Assembly: GCA_030704615.1 (NCBI GenBank)
Contig: CM060731.1
Coordinates: forward strand, 63,426,001 to 63,490,000
Length of the DNA: 64,000 nt
Direction of reading: 5' to 3'
DNA from: Takakia lepidozioides
Lineage: Eukaryota; Plantae; Bryophyta
Part shown: in pieces, positions 1 to 11,285 of the stretch
Numbering within the stretch: position 1 is the first letter of the stretch
Layout of the letters: every line of letters starts with the position of its first letter
Notes under the pieces: generated by a model
What the model was told of the DNA's origin: nothing
Databases searched by the model: none
What the model saw: only the letters and a program-made list of their open reading frames with translations
Translations under genes and position numbers: made by a program

Positions 1-163
1 TAATCTGATGTTCTTATCAATGTGTCAGTCTTGAACTTCGTCTTCTAGCAAATACATCCATGCAGCCTGAACAATGAACTGAAGCGGTTTGAGATTGTGG
101 TGATGTGTGACGTGAAAAGTGGGACTGTGGTCACGCTGAAATGCTCCTTGTTGTTTCTGGCAG

Positions 164-1840
164 GTAGTGATTAGAGTACTAAGAGGTAGAGTCCATGTGC
201 GGAACTTGATGCAACAACTTGACAGCGTTGGGCTGGGCTCTCTCGGTGTCAGTCTCCTAACAGCTTCTTTTGTTGGAATGGTGTTCACAATTCAGGTATG
301 CTAGCTTCCTCTTTTGGTCTTGTTCATTTCATTGAAGACATAGAGCTTGTAGAAGTTGGTAGATCATGCTTGTTGTTTTGTTGAATCGTTGAAATAGCTT
401 GGACAGACCTGAAAGGGGGTCCTACAGAGGACAAAGTCACGAGTGGTATCAGGGAAGTTTGAGCAAGATGAGCGTATTGCACAGCTGTTGTTAGTAATGG
501 AGAGCTGTGCCATGCATTTCGAGAGTGGTAGACTGCAAGTGGATTGCAGGAGGTATGTCAGCGTTGTATGGGAAGTATATGGTCATGAAAATAACCAAAA
601 GGGAAATTTAATTACTTGCCAAACCTTCCCAATACTAGTTAACCTTCAAGCAATTCTACATGACCTCAGAGAGGAATGGCTGAAATTGAATATTTTTGCA
701 TGCAGTTTGTTAGGGAATTTGCAAGGCTTGGACTCACAAGATCTGTGGGGGGTGTACTGGCCCTGGCTTTGGCAAGGGAGCTCTCTCCGGTAGTCACTGC
801 CATTATCTTGGCTGGCCGAGTTGGCAGTGCATTTGCTGCTGAGCTTGGGACCATGCAGGTACTTTGTCCTTGTTTCACCTCCTCCCAAAGATACTGTTGA
901 TACTGGTGATGTTGTTGACACTGATCTCTTCACCTAAACAGAAATTCTTTTACCCGCACGCATGAAGTTGCTTAGTAGTTTGTCTTTGTGGATCTTAGAA
1001 ACGTTGTTCAGAGTCTTCAACACTAGAAAAACCTCTGTCTCTCTCTCTCTCTCTCCTCTGCTCAGACAACAAGGTAAGCCACCCTCGTTGCATCTGAATG
1101 CTGGGATAGTACATTTCCCTGCCTTTCCTTTGTCTGTCGGGTTAACACTCCACATCCAGCTTCATGAGGACAGGATTCTGGGAGGAATGAGCCCTGAAGG
1201 TTACATCATAGACTGCAGCCACATTTACAGCATTACTTGTTGTCCTGTTCCTACTACATGGCCAGAAGGCATGAAATTCATAGCCCCAATCCCAAGTTGG
1301 TGAATCACGTGATGATCCGTAGGTGTACTGGCTTGTACCTTAAAGCTTATGGCATTGTGGGAGGGCAAATTAATGTTGCTGGTTGTTGGGAGCACGTGCC
1401 AGGTGTCAGAGCAAACGGATACATTGCGAGTCCTCAGAACAGATCCAGTGGATTATCTTGTAACCCCACGGGTAATTGCTTGCTGTATAGCACTTCCCAT
1501 CTTGACCATCATTTGTTTCACAGTAGGCATGGCTGCAAGCGTGCTGCTTGCAGATTCGGTGTATAATGTGAGCTCCAACATCATCCTTGAGTCAGCAGCA
1601 AGGGCATTGCAGCCGTGGGATCTCATCAGCACCATGATCAAGGCCACAGTCTTTGGGGGCATCATTTCCATTATTAGCTGTGCATGGGGAGTCACCACCA
1701 ATGGTGGGGCCAAGGGGGTTGGTGAATCAACCACATCTGCAGTTGTGATTTCTCTGGTTTGCATCTTCATTGCTGATTTCATTATGTCCTGGCTCTTCTT
1801 CCAAGGTGCTGGGGATGCTTTGAAGGCTGCCATGGGATAA
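164..1840 (+). CDS. TGD1: Chloroplast lipid ABC transporter permease TGD1/ABCI14 (MlaE family); 5' exon(s) lie upstream of the window
   Basis: Exons 164-295, 706-858 and 1403-1840 with GT-AG, phase 0. Translation contains MlaE motifs ([69 protein letters not shown]). Confidence 0.93.
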
Positions 1841-1863
1841 TCGTGTAAAAGTGGACTTATACA

Positions 1864-1897
1864 AAGTTCCCACAGCTGTTAAGTTCCCACAGCTGTT
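1864..1897. repeat. Perfect 17-bp tandem duplication in the TGD1 3' UTR
   Basis: aagttcccacagctgtt occurs twice in a row. Confidence 0.9.
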
Positions 1898-4099
1898 TCT
1901 ATGGTCCTGTGCCGTTGTGCAAGAAGAGTACAGTGAGTGCTTTCAAAGTGAGAAACAGAGGATTTACTGATTGCATGTTTGGATCTACGACGAAGGATAG
2001 TTCAAATTGAGCAAAAGTGAAAGACCTTTCATCAAAACAAGGTGGGTCATAAATATTTGTCATCAGACGTGATGTAGTATTTGGCACTTGCAATGGAGTA
2101 AGCATCTTGAGGGGCCTGTGCATAAATCACACATCAAAATGGTCTACTTTATATGTTCACATAAGCTCTTTATTTTTTCAGTCTACCCTAATTGTGATGG
2201 TTTCAGTTCAGCTGCCGATGGCATTGATGGCTATTCAGGGTTGTCAGGGTAGACAAGTGGAGGTACTCACTGCTGCATTCTCTCTTGTGGACATCATCGG
2301 CATCCTTGCAGCCTTGGCTGTCCATTGGTACTGTGTTCTGGATTTTTTATTTTGGACACGCATACATTCCTTCACTTATCTTGTTTTTCTTCCTGTCCTT
2401 AACAGATCTTCTCAGCTCTGACACCTAAGTTTAAATTCTGCAGTTAGGAATGTAGGCACCTCCCTGCAATCATTCAGTTTCAAATGTTAAATGAAGGGTC
2501 AAAGTCACAAAGGGACCCAAAGAACAAAAAGCTCAACTAGTCAAGAGGCATACTGGGTTCTTTGCTCCGTGTGCCATGGTATCTTGGTCTAAAATCTGTC
2601 ACCTGTTTTGTTTCTATTCATTTGAGATGCCTAAGGAACCGTTGTGGATGGGACCTCTATGTTATCACTTGACTCCTTTATGATAAATTAAAGTTGCATT
2701 CTTTGGGATGTTGTTAGTTGGTGATCAGGTGAGCAGACCAAAATTTTGGTGTGCATAAAATCAAAGTGAGTATTATGGTAGCGTATTTAGGAATTTCAGA
2801 CGCAATAATTTATGTTCTCACATTAATTTATACATGTGGACATGTGTTGGCCCGGCCTTCTTGATGTGATGCCGCAAAGTTCACACTGTCTTTGTGATAT
2901 AGGAAGTAATTTTAGGCTGGCTGAAATGCTGGTCAATGTTGCCCACCTTGACCCAGTGAGGCTATAGGCCCGGCCTATTTTTTACAGACATACGATTGCA
3001 AGTTTGTGGTTCCCGGAGGACCCAATTTCCTTAGGTGTCCCCCATCAGGCGAAGTGTAGCCAGGCTTGCAACACATTGCCAGCAGCTCTTCTAAACGGTA
3101 GCTGGAGTCAAAAGACCCAGGCAGTAACGAGGGTGGGCTACAGCGCACAGAAGACAGTAATACAGTTGATGATGTGCCTTACAACTTGGATTAGCACCCA
3201 TAAATTAGGAATGGGTAACTATGATCCCATATCTAGATGTAGATAACATGACAACGGAACAGAGTCTACCAACGACATGTACATATGAACTGCTTGCATG
3301 GGGGTACCAGACAAGACTTTACTGGTTTTGAGGTCCAAACAAGATAATAACCTGTGAGATGATGGAGCATGAGGTTCCTGCTCGTCAGGAAAACCTGTGT
3401 TTAGAGTTTGTGGTACATGAGGACAGGCAGTAACTTCAACTTGTGTGTGTTCAGAGCTACATGTAGGCACTGGAGAATGTTACCTCAAATCCTGTGGTGA
3501 CTATATGCCACCCAAGGTTTGCCATAATCATTCTGCCCCAAATGTAAAAAGGGGTCTCAGATCATTCATTTGTATGACATTCATCCCGTGTATTCGAACA
3601 TTGTGATTCCAAAATATCATAAGCTATTGATATGGCAACTTTGAGTGTCTTCCCATGGGTCCATATTAGGATTCTTATTTTGCAGTAGATGTGGTTTGTA
3701 CTACAGAGTTGTCTTATTGTAGCTTCTCATCTCGTTGATTCTTGACCATTCTACTGGCAAATTATTTCTGTGCTTGACTCTAGTTGTGTCATTTGGCCCT
3801 GTTTCGGATAGTTTTCCCAGGGTCATGGATCTTGGTAGCTTTAGAGCAAGAACTCTGTGACAGTCTTCCTATTATGATACCATATGATCAAAATCATCAA
3901 AGGTTTTCTGGTTCTCCATACAACATAACAGGGAGATTTTTTCAACCCCTCCGGTAAGGTCAGATATCAACAAATTGCCACAGATAGTGAGCTCTTCCCC
4001 CAGAGCAGCGAGAAATTGATATTCTCCTTCGACATTGCTGACTGTGGCTTGTTGTTGGAGACCTTCGCGAACTTTGGAGGGATTAGAGTAGAGGCCACA

Positions 4100-7000
4100 T
4101 CATTGCCGAATTGCTCCATTGCTACTAATCTCCTCTTGCTGCGTTTTAATGTAGCCCTTCACATCATCTGCAGTCCCTGACAGTATGATTCTGCCATTCT
4201 CCATGTAGATTGCACCGTCAGCATATTCCAGCTCCTCCAAGCGATGTGTGACCCACAGCGCCGTCACCCCTTGTGCCTCTCCCACCACTTTCCGCACCGC
4301 TTCCAATACCCCCGTCTGCACATTCCACATCTTCGTAAGTACACTGTCTGCCTCAAGAATGTGGTTTTCCATTCAATCTGAGTAAAGAAAAGAACCAGAC
4401 AGGTCACTCCACAGAAGAAGTGCACTATTCCTTGCTCGTTCCTTCGAAAGAAAAGCTCACCGTAGTCTGTATTGAAGGTCCCATGACACACTACAATCTG
4501 CTGTAGGATTCACCCCTGGCAGAATAGAAGAAAGAGAGTATGTAGTCACAAGCAGTTGCTTGCCGTAGCCTTGTGGCCATAGACCCCGTGCCAGTTTGGG
4601 AGGAACAATACGGAACAGACACTACCTTTGTGAGGGGCTCACTCCAGGAGTGGGACTTACCTTAATCAATTGGTTCAGGCTTTCCAGATTTCCTCTAGAA
4701 AGCTCTTCATACAAGCATCAATGTGCTGTATGTGAGCTGCCCAGCAACTAGACCCCAACAGGGCCAGTTGGTTAACAGAGGTGCAGTGACAATGTTCTTG
4801 ATGGTCCTGAAGAGGATCGCTGTCTGATGAGAATACCCTGGACATTGTTTCAGAAAATGGATAAAGTGGACACATTTTCCACTGCCATTTGCCCAGCATC
4901 AGACAGGCAGCCCATCCTCACAAGTATTGTACAAACCTGATCTGACTCATCCAAGAAAGTAGTGAGCTCATCCAGCAACAGTACTCGGCTTGCCTCCGCC
5001 AATGCACCCGCAATCGCTACCCTTTGCTTTTGCCCGCCACTTAGAGTTTGTATGGGTCTCTGCAGTAAGAGAACGCAGATGGTCAGGTTTACCTGCTGCA
5101 TTGGAGCTCTTATTTATCTTCATGTACAATATAGCAGTTGCCATCGCAGTTACCATGTTTGACTGTGACAGTTGAGCAGGCTGTAAACTTCCGAGCACAG
5201 TTCCTGCAATATACTAACCCTATACAACCCAGTCGGTCGGGGGGCTTACACCACCTCTATGTGTAACGGCAAGAGCATTGCAGAGCACTTGCACACAATG
5301 AAAAGAGGTTTTAGGGGGGCACATAGTTAGTGGGAGGAGAGAATGCAAACCTGGGCATATTCACTCATCCCAACTGCCCCCAGTGAGTTGACCACCCGTG
5401 TCGTAACTTCATCCTCAGGCAAATCAAAACGACCCAGCCCAAAGGCCACATCAGCCGCTGCAGTTGGCATCACCACCTGCAAGCAAACAGATGGCATATT
5501 CACTGCTTCCAGAAATATGAATATGAAAGGTTGAATGGTTAGAGAGATGATGTGAGCATTAGGCTTTGCTTGCCATAGACCCTTGCCCAGGTTGGATGTA
5601 GAAGAAAAAAGGTGAAAGGAGCGCAAGCAGGGGAAAGGGGGCAGCAGAATGGGGATCACTACAATTACTGAAGGCTCACTCCAGTGTATACATATACAGA
5701 GAGCGAATGTACTCGTCGTGGAGCCTATTGTGGGGTTTGCCCCCCCAGGGTTTAGCTTATCCCCGCAACTCAGCTGCATGTATTAACTTATCTTCCTGCA
5801 ACTGCCATTAAGGCGCTCACAGTGGCACTTGTCCACATGCAAACTCGACAGCCCGGTTGCAGGGTTATCGATTTTAGTTTCGTAGCCCTGCGTTTACCAC
5901 AGAAAGATTGGAGAAGGCATGTGCAATCAAAGATGACATGCCTGTCTCTGGATTGTATGCGGGCTGAAGAGAGAGAGAGTGAATGTACTCATGCATTCCC
6001 TGCGAACATTGGCTTGCCATAACCTTACGGCTATTGAAGAGCGAGAATGCATGAGACATTCATAAGACATTCCTGTAGCCTTGCGGCCATATACCTTGTG
6101 CCCACTTTGGGCGGAACAAGAGCAAACAGACCACTACCTTCGTGATGTGCTCACTCCGGTAGTGGGATTTGAAGAGAGCGAGCTTGGTACCAAATGTACA
6201 GCAAGATCTTGAGGCTCCCAAAGCCTAATGTGGCATTTTCACTCAGTACGTTATGAATTTCTGGCCATGCAGGTTTGATTTGAGGGGCTGAGACAGAGAA
6301 ATATATGTGGGAGGAAGGGGTACCTGATGGTCAGGATTCTGGAACACAAAACTTCGAGGCCCACCCACATACATGCGCCCCCGATTCGGCCTCAGAAGCC
6401 CTGCCAAAGCCTGGATTCCAATGAAACTCTACTCAGCCTCCTACTAATTCCACCACCATGAAGTCAAAAAGACTTCCAAGAACTTTATCTCTGAAATTCC
6501 TGTCGTCTACTTGAAAGGGTTACCTCAAGACAACCAACATAGCATCCACCATGGATGTACCGAAACCTACAAATAGGTCTACTTGTCATTCACCAAATAT
6601 GGAAAGCAAGAGAGGAAAGGGCCTAAAGGAAGAAAGGCCAACAGTGATGTTTGTGGACACTGGCCTTGAGAAGCGTGGATTTCCCACAGCCATTGGGGCC
6701 CAACAGCATCCATAGCTGTCCTTGTGGTATTCGCAATGAGCAATCCTTCAGCACCACAACCTCACCTTTGTCACCATTCACGCTCAAGCTCAATCTGCGG
6801 ACCTCAATTGCTGCAGGGGCAGCTTCCACCCCTCCACCGACTCCAAGCCCTGCTTAAATTGCCCACCCACACATGGACATCAGTTGCAAGAACAAGCTTT
6901 TCCCTTGCACTCTTGGGTACCATCTCCTCCCTTCTTACTACCTGACTCCCGTAGGGTTTGTGTCCGATGCACACCAATTTCTCTCTATCAGCTCCACGTT

Positions 7001-7563
7001 TGTGATACAATGCCAAGTACATAAGCACCTCCGTGGGACTCACAAGCATGGATCAAGCCGTTTCTTTGATCTGCAATTGTGATACAAATGGGTTCCGGAC
7101 TAGCCTTCCAGCTCCTAATTTGTCTCGATTTCATTCTGACTTTCATATCAAAGAAACCCAGATTGGAATTACGGCTTGAAGAGATATTTGTGGCCGTAGC
7201 GCTGGAAATGCGAGAGGCACCTGCTACAACTGATCTCTTGATTGAAGGTCGGTCGAATGTAGCATGGAGGACGCAAGCTCTACGGGAGTATGACTCCCCC
7301 ACTATCCTCCTCCCCATCTGTAAAATGCCAGAAGTCGAATTCGTCCCGAGGAGATTATACCTCATGTCACAAAACAGTGGACTAACTTTCGTCTCTTGGG
7401 CTCTGGCCCATTTCAACCTCGAGTTAACATAATCAGACGAGAAGCTGATGGGGATCACAGGGAATGGATAACGAAAAGGAGAGGGCACTGGGCAAGATGT
7501 TTCCAAACAGCTGCTGTGATTTCTTTGGCATAAAGACGAGAAGGGTTGGCAGGCATGAAGCAT
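4100..7563 (-). CDS. ABCI10: Plastid ABC transporter ATP-binding subunit ABCI10 (ECF/CbiO-like ATPase) with long N-terminal extension
   Basis: Exons 7563-7029, 6849-6665 (GC donor), 6410-6324, 5476-5351, 5059-4937 and 4315-4100, all phases consistent. Walker A GPNGCGKST, Q-loop FVFQNPDHQ, signature LSGGQKQR, Walker B LLLDE, H-loop VTH. The start codon is less certain. Confidence 0.9.
4539..4870 (-). mobile_element. Old 3' fragment of the TC-associated LINE family in the last ABCI10 intron
   Basis: Degenerate match to the LINE 3' end at 29530-29876 (IDACxKxFLExIWK; tggccacaaggctac). The 3' end abuts a GA-rich run on the + strand. Confidence 0.8.
5965..6183 (-). mobile_element. Two tandem short 3' fragments of the TC-associated LINE in ABCI10 intron 3
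   Basis: Two degenerate LINE tails (5981-6034 and 6046-6169) delimited by three copies of tgaagag(a/c)gag at 5965, 6035 and 6170. Confidence 0.7.
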
Positions 7564-8799
7564 TGCACGGGGATATGAAAGAGAAGGGGACACAGAGACC
7601 AGTGCAAAAGAGGAGAGCCCCTTCCAGGTGAACAAAAACCTCAACGTGGGCTTATGAACTCTGCAACTAGGCTTACGTATGAGACAGCATCCTAATAAGG
7701 ATCTAATCTTCAAATCTCTCTTTCCTCTCTACTGTCTTCCTTCTTCCCTTCATGAATCTGCCCCGAATCGTCACACTCCCAGATCTAGCATCGCAAAACT
7801 TCTACATACGATCTCTCAGGAAATTGTACTAACTCCAACAGCCTGCGATTCACACTAGCATCGAATCTGGAGTTCGTAGTTCATACGGACAATCGGAATA
7901 TTTTATCCATATATGCAAATGAATGAAATACCTGGATGAATAATTTTATGCATTCGTGACAGGTTGTGCTGAGTAGGGTTTTTCTATTTGAGTTAAGTTG
8001 GGCATCATGTAGTTCTCTGGCAAAGCACAGAACCCTCATCCAAAGCTAACTTATTGGCACTGAATTTACAAGCTTCGTTGAACCCTAGAGGTTTAATTAC
8101 AATATCATGTCCAAACCTAAAAAGATTTAACAGCTAACCCACTTGCTACATAGAGTTCATTCCCCCAGTTTTTGGAACATGCTATAATGCTGCTTCTTGG
8201 GTGGACACTTGATTTGTGCGATATCTTCCAGTTCCGGTTGTTCCAAGCTTTGGGGAACCAAGAGCCTCAAGTTCCAGATATGACAAGATATATCCTACAG
8301 TTAAGGATACTTGGAAAACTGTATAGAACCAGCAGCTCTCATCAAATATCCAACAAATTTTTGAAAGGATGTTTGATTTATTATTTTCGAACGCCTACCC
8401 GTGGTTCCATACTCCCCAATTTCTTCTGTTACATCTCCGCTTCTGTATCTGGCGGATATTAGGTCCCAGATCAAAGATCCTCCCAACCCCAGTCTAGTAA
8501 ATACACGTGATGTTGATGTTGATTTTATTGTTGATGTGTCTGGAAAACCACTGTGGATATTCACAGAGCGAAAAGGAAATGGGACCGATCCAGGGTAGGG
8601 GAGATAGCAGCGGCAAGAATCAAAGGCAGGCAACAAAGCCTCTCAAGGACAGTTACTTGCAAAAACCTTAAGGAATGAATGTTGCATAGATCAAGAGACC
8701 CATACTTTGTGGTCGACTGTAGGCAATAGCTAGGTGCTCTAAGCTCATTGCCCACTGCATCAAACGCCAGTCCATGACACACAGTATGAAGATGATTCC

Positions 8800-10842
8800 T
8801 CACTTCAACCCCCTAAAAAGCTTCGGTGCAACCTGCAATGTCCACACGCCATTGCGATGTCAGACACCCAAGAGATAACATACAGCAAAGGAACTCCTGC
8901 TCAGATGGATCTCAGACCAAGAGAGGCTTGCAACTCTCTTGGTGTGCTTCACAGTAACACTACATTGCAGAAATTCATTTATTGAGGAAATCAATTGACT
9001 TGGGGGGGCTTCAAAGAAAATATGCTTGGGTTTAGCTTCTTATGGGCTTAGATTCAAAGGCTTAAAATGTCTCTAGGTACTCCTGCCAGTTCCTTGCCAC
9101 ACACTTGGAGCACATGTTGCCTTCTTCCTAGTGTTGGCTGGCAGGTCTCGAATCTTCTAGCTCTTCAAGTTCTGAACTATGAACACCCTAAATTAGTTCC
9201 TCGAGATCAGTAGGTGAGGGTTACAGTAGCCAGTATGACTAAATTGGCTAGCACTAGGGTGATCATCTCTGCTTGCTGACCAAGTTGGAGAGCATGCTAG
9301 ATGCTACTGGGGATTCCAAAACAACTGACATAACTTGTGGTAATAAATAACCGTGTCAGAGAGAGAGAGACAGGGAGGGAGAGAGGGAAAAGAGAACATA
9401 CACATTTGTCAATGCAACCCCAGTAATCAAAATATTGGCCAGTGCAATGTTTTTGGCCATCATCGACCTCGACCCGCTTGGCACATGCCTACCATAGCAG
9501 ACCACCAACAAGAAAAACAGTTCAATAAAATATAGGCCTCTGCACTCGGAGGGCCTGAACTCAAGCAAAGCTTCTCCAAACTCAGAGAGTCTACTCCCAT
9601 GAGAGGCTCCAAAGATCCAGTCATCTAGCGTTACATAACCTAACTGCATATGTCAAACAGCAACACTGACCATTGCACAAGTCAATATGTTTCAGGAACC
9701 TTTGCTTCTATTGTTACACCAAACTTCTCTGTTGCTGCAGCTAGAATTGCAAGCACAGCCACATTTGAGGGCTGAAGAGGAAATTGCGGAATCAACACTA
9801 TTTTAAGTTGGTAAGATGTCCATCCCAACGCTAAAATGAAGACTCACTCCTGAGAAATTGGATCAGCTATGCTGCAGTGCACGGACGCTTTTGGCTGAAT
9901 TCCGTGCACCAGCGGATTAGAGTCCAATGATCCATATGCCCTCCAAGGGTATGCCATAGCCAACCTTCACTAGGAGGGTTCAGTAGACATCTTTATCTCA
10001 CACCCAAAAACAGAATACGAAACACATTTCCAAATAAGAAGAGGCACCAAAAAGGCTGTGTTTGGGAGTCCAGGGCCAAAAGGCTCTGGCAGCTACAATC
10101 AAATTAACAAGCACGTACCTGTCTCCTTCACAGAGACACACACAATCAAGAAAGAGCAAGAGCACACCTCGTATGACAGCCATTGCTTGACGCATCTTGG
10201 CTTGCATGACTCCTCAATCTCAGGTTTCGGATCAACTGGCTCTTCTTCCTCTACCTCCACTTCTTCGTCTACCTCTTCTTCTACTACAACCTTTTCTTCC
10301 TCAGCTCCACCCTCTTCAGGAGTTTCTTCCGCATCCGCCACCTCGCCACTTTCGACGGGAGAATCGTCAGCAGGAGCATCCTCAACCGGCTCTTGGGCGT
10401 CGTCAGACCTGCCATCAGCGTGCAAACAAGAGAACTAATGCGAAAAATCCGTGATGAAGCCAAAATACAGTCGATAAGGACACTGATCTACCAGTAAATG
10501 CTAAGGATTCAAAGTTACGAGATACTTTATAGCAGCAATCAAGCTATCATATAACGGCACCAGCGCGCTCTCGGGTAACATGTGTGCGTCAGTAGGAAAA
10601 GTCGCGATCCACATGCAGTGCTCAAAGGAAACACCTTCCACGATCACGATAACAGACATTGCCCACATTGTCAACAAGTAATTTATAGAAAAATCTGTGG
10701 GCATAACTTCAAGTTCTGATCGCTGACATCAAATACTTCACACGGAGCTTCACATCCTCGCCGGTGAAATTTTTTCCTAACCCCGGACGAAAATGTACGA
10801 AGATCCGTAAGGAAATCAAGTAGAAGCCCGGATCACTTACAT
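8800..10842 (-). CDS. QCR6: Cytochrome b-c1 complex subunit 6 (hinge protein), about 120 aa
   Basis: Exons 10842-10841 (AT), 10408-10168, 9488-9402 and 8832-8800. Protein ...EEEEPVDPKPEIEESCKPRCVKQWLSYEACAKRVEVDDGQKHCTGQYFDYWGCIDKCVAPKLFRGLK* has the UCR hinge cysteine pattern. Confidence 0.92.
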
Positions 10843-11285
10843 GATTGTGGAGTGGAGAAGATCAGCAATGCGCCGGTAAGTAGCTCCGCCCAAAGCTTGC
10901 TTGCTAGAAGAAGCACACAGCTGGGGCAGCACGCGACTTTGACCTAACTCACCTCGTGGGTGGCTTCGGGTTCCGCGTTTCAAGTCTCAGTCGTGTTTAT
11001 GATAAACTACAACGAAATTTTCCGACTAAAACATTCCAATTAGGACTGAATTACGTCGCATCGTCGTAGAAATTCCGGAGTCGCTGCTCATGCAAAGAGA
11101 AAAATCTCCAATACCTATGATTCTCAGCTGGGCCCTTCATGTTTTCCAAGGAACATCTTTATAGAATGCTGCTTTGAGGAGAGAATGGAGTGGAATCTAT
11201 GAGATACGAGTTGCATCCAGTAGAGCAAGATTGTTTTCTACTTTTGATCCGAGGAGTAGCATTGGTCTTTGATATTCACGAGAAG
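10843..11285. promoter_or_regulatory. Short divergent (bidirectional) promoter region between QCR6 and RRP43, with a site II element TGGGCC at 11129
   Basis: Head-to-head start codons about 440 bp apart; the TGGGCC motif is present. Confidence 0.55.
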
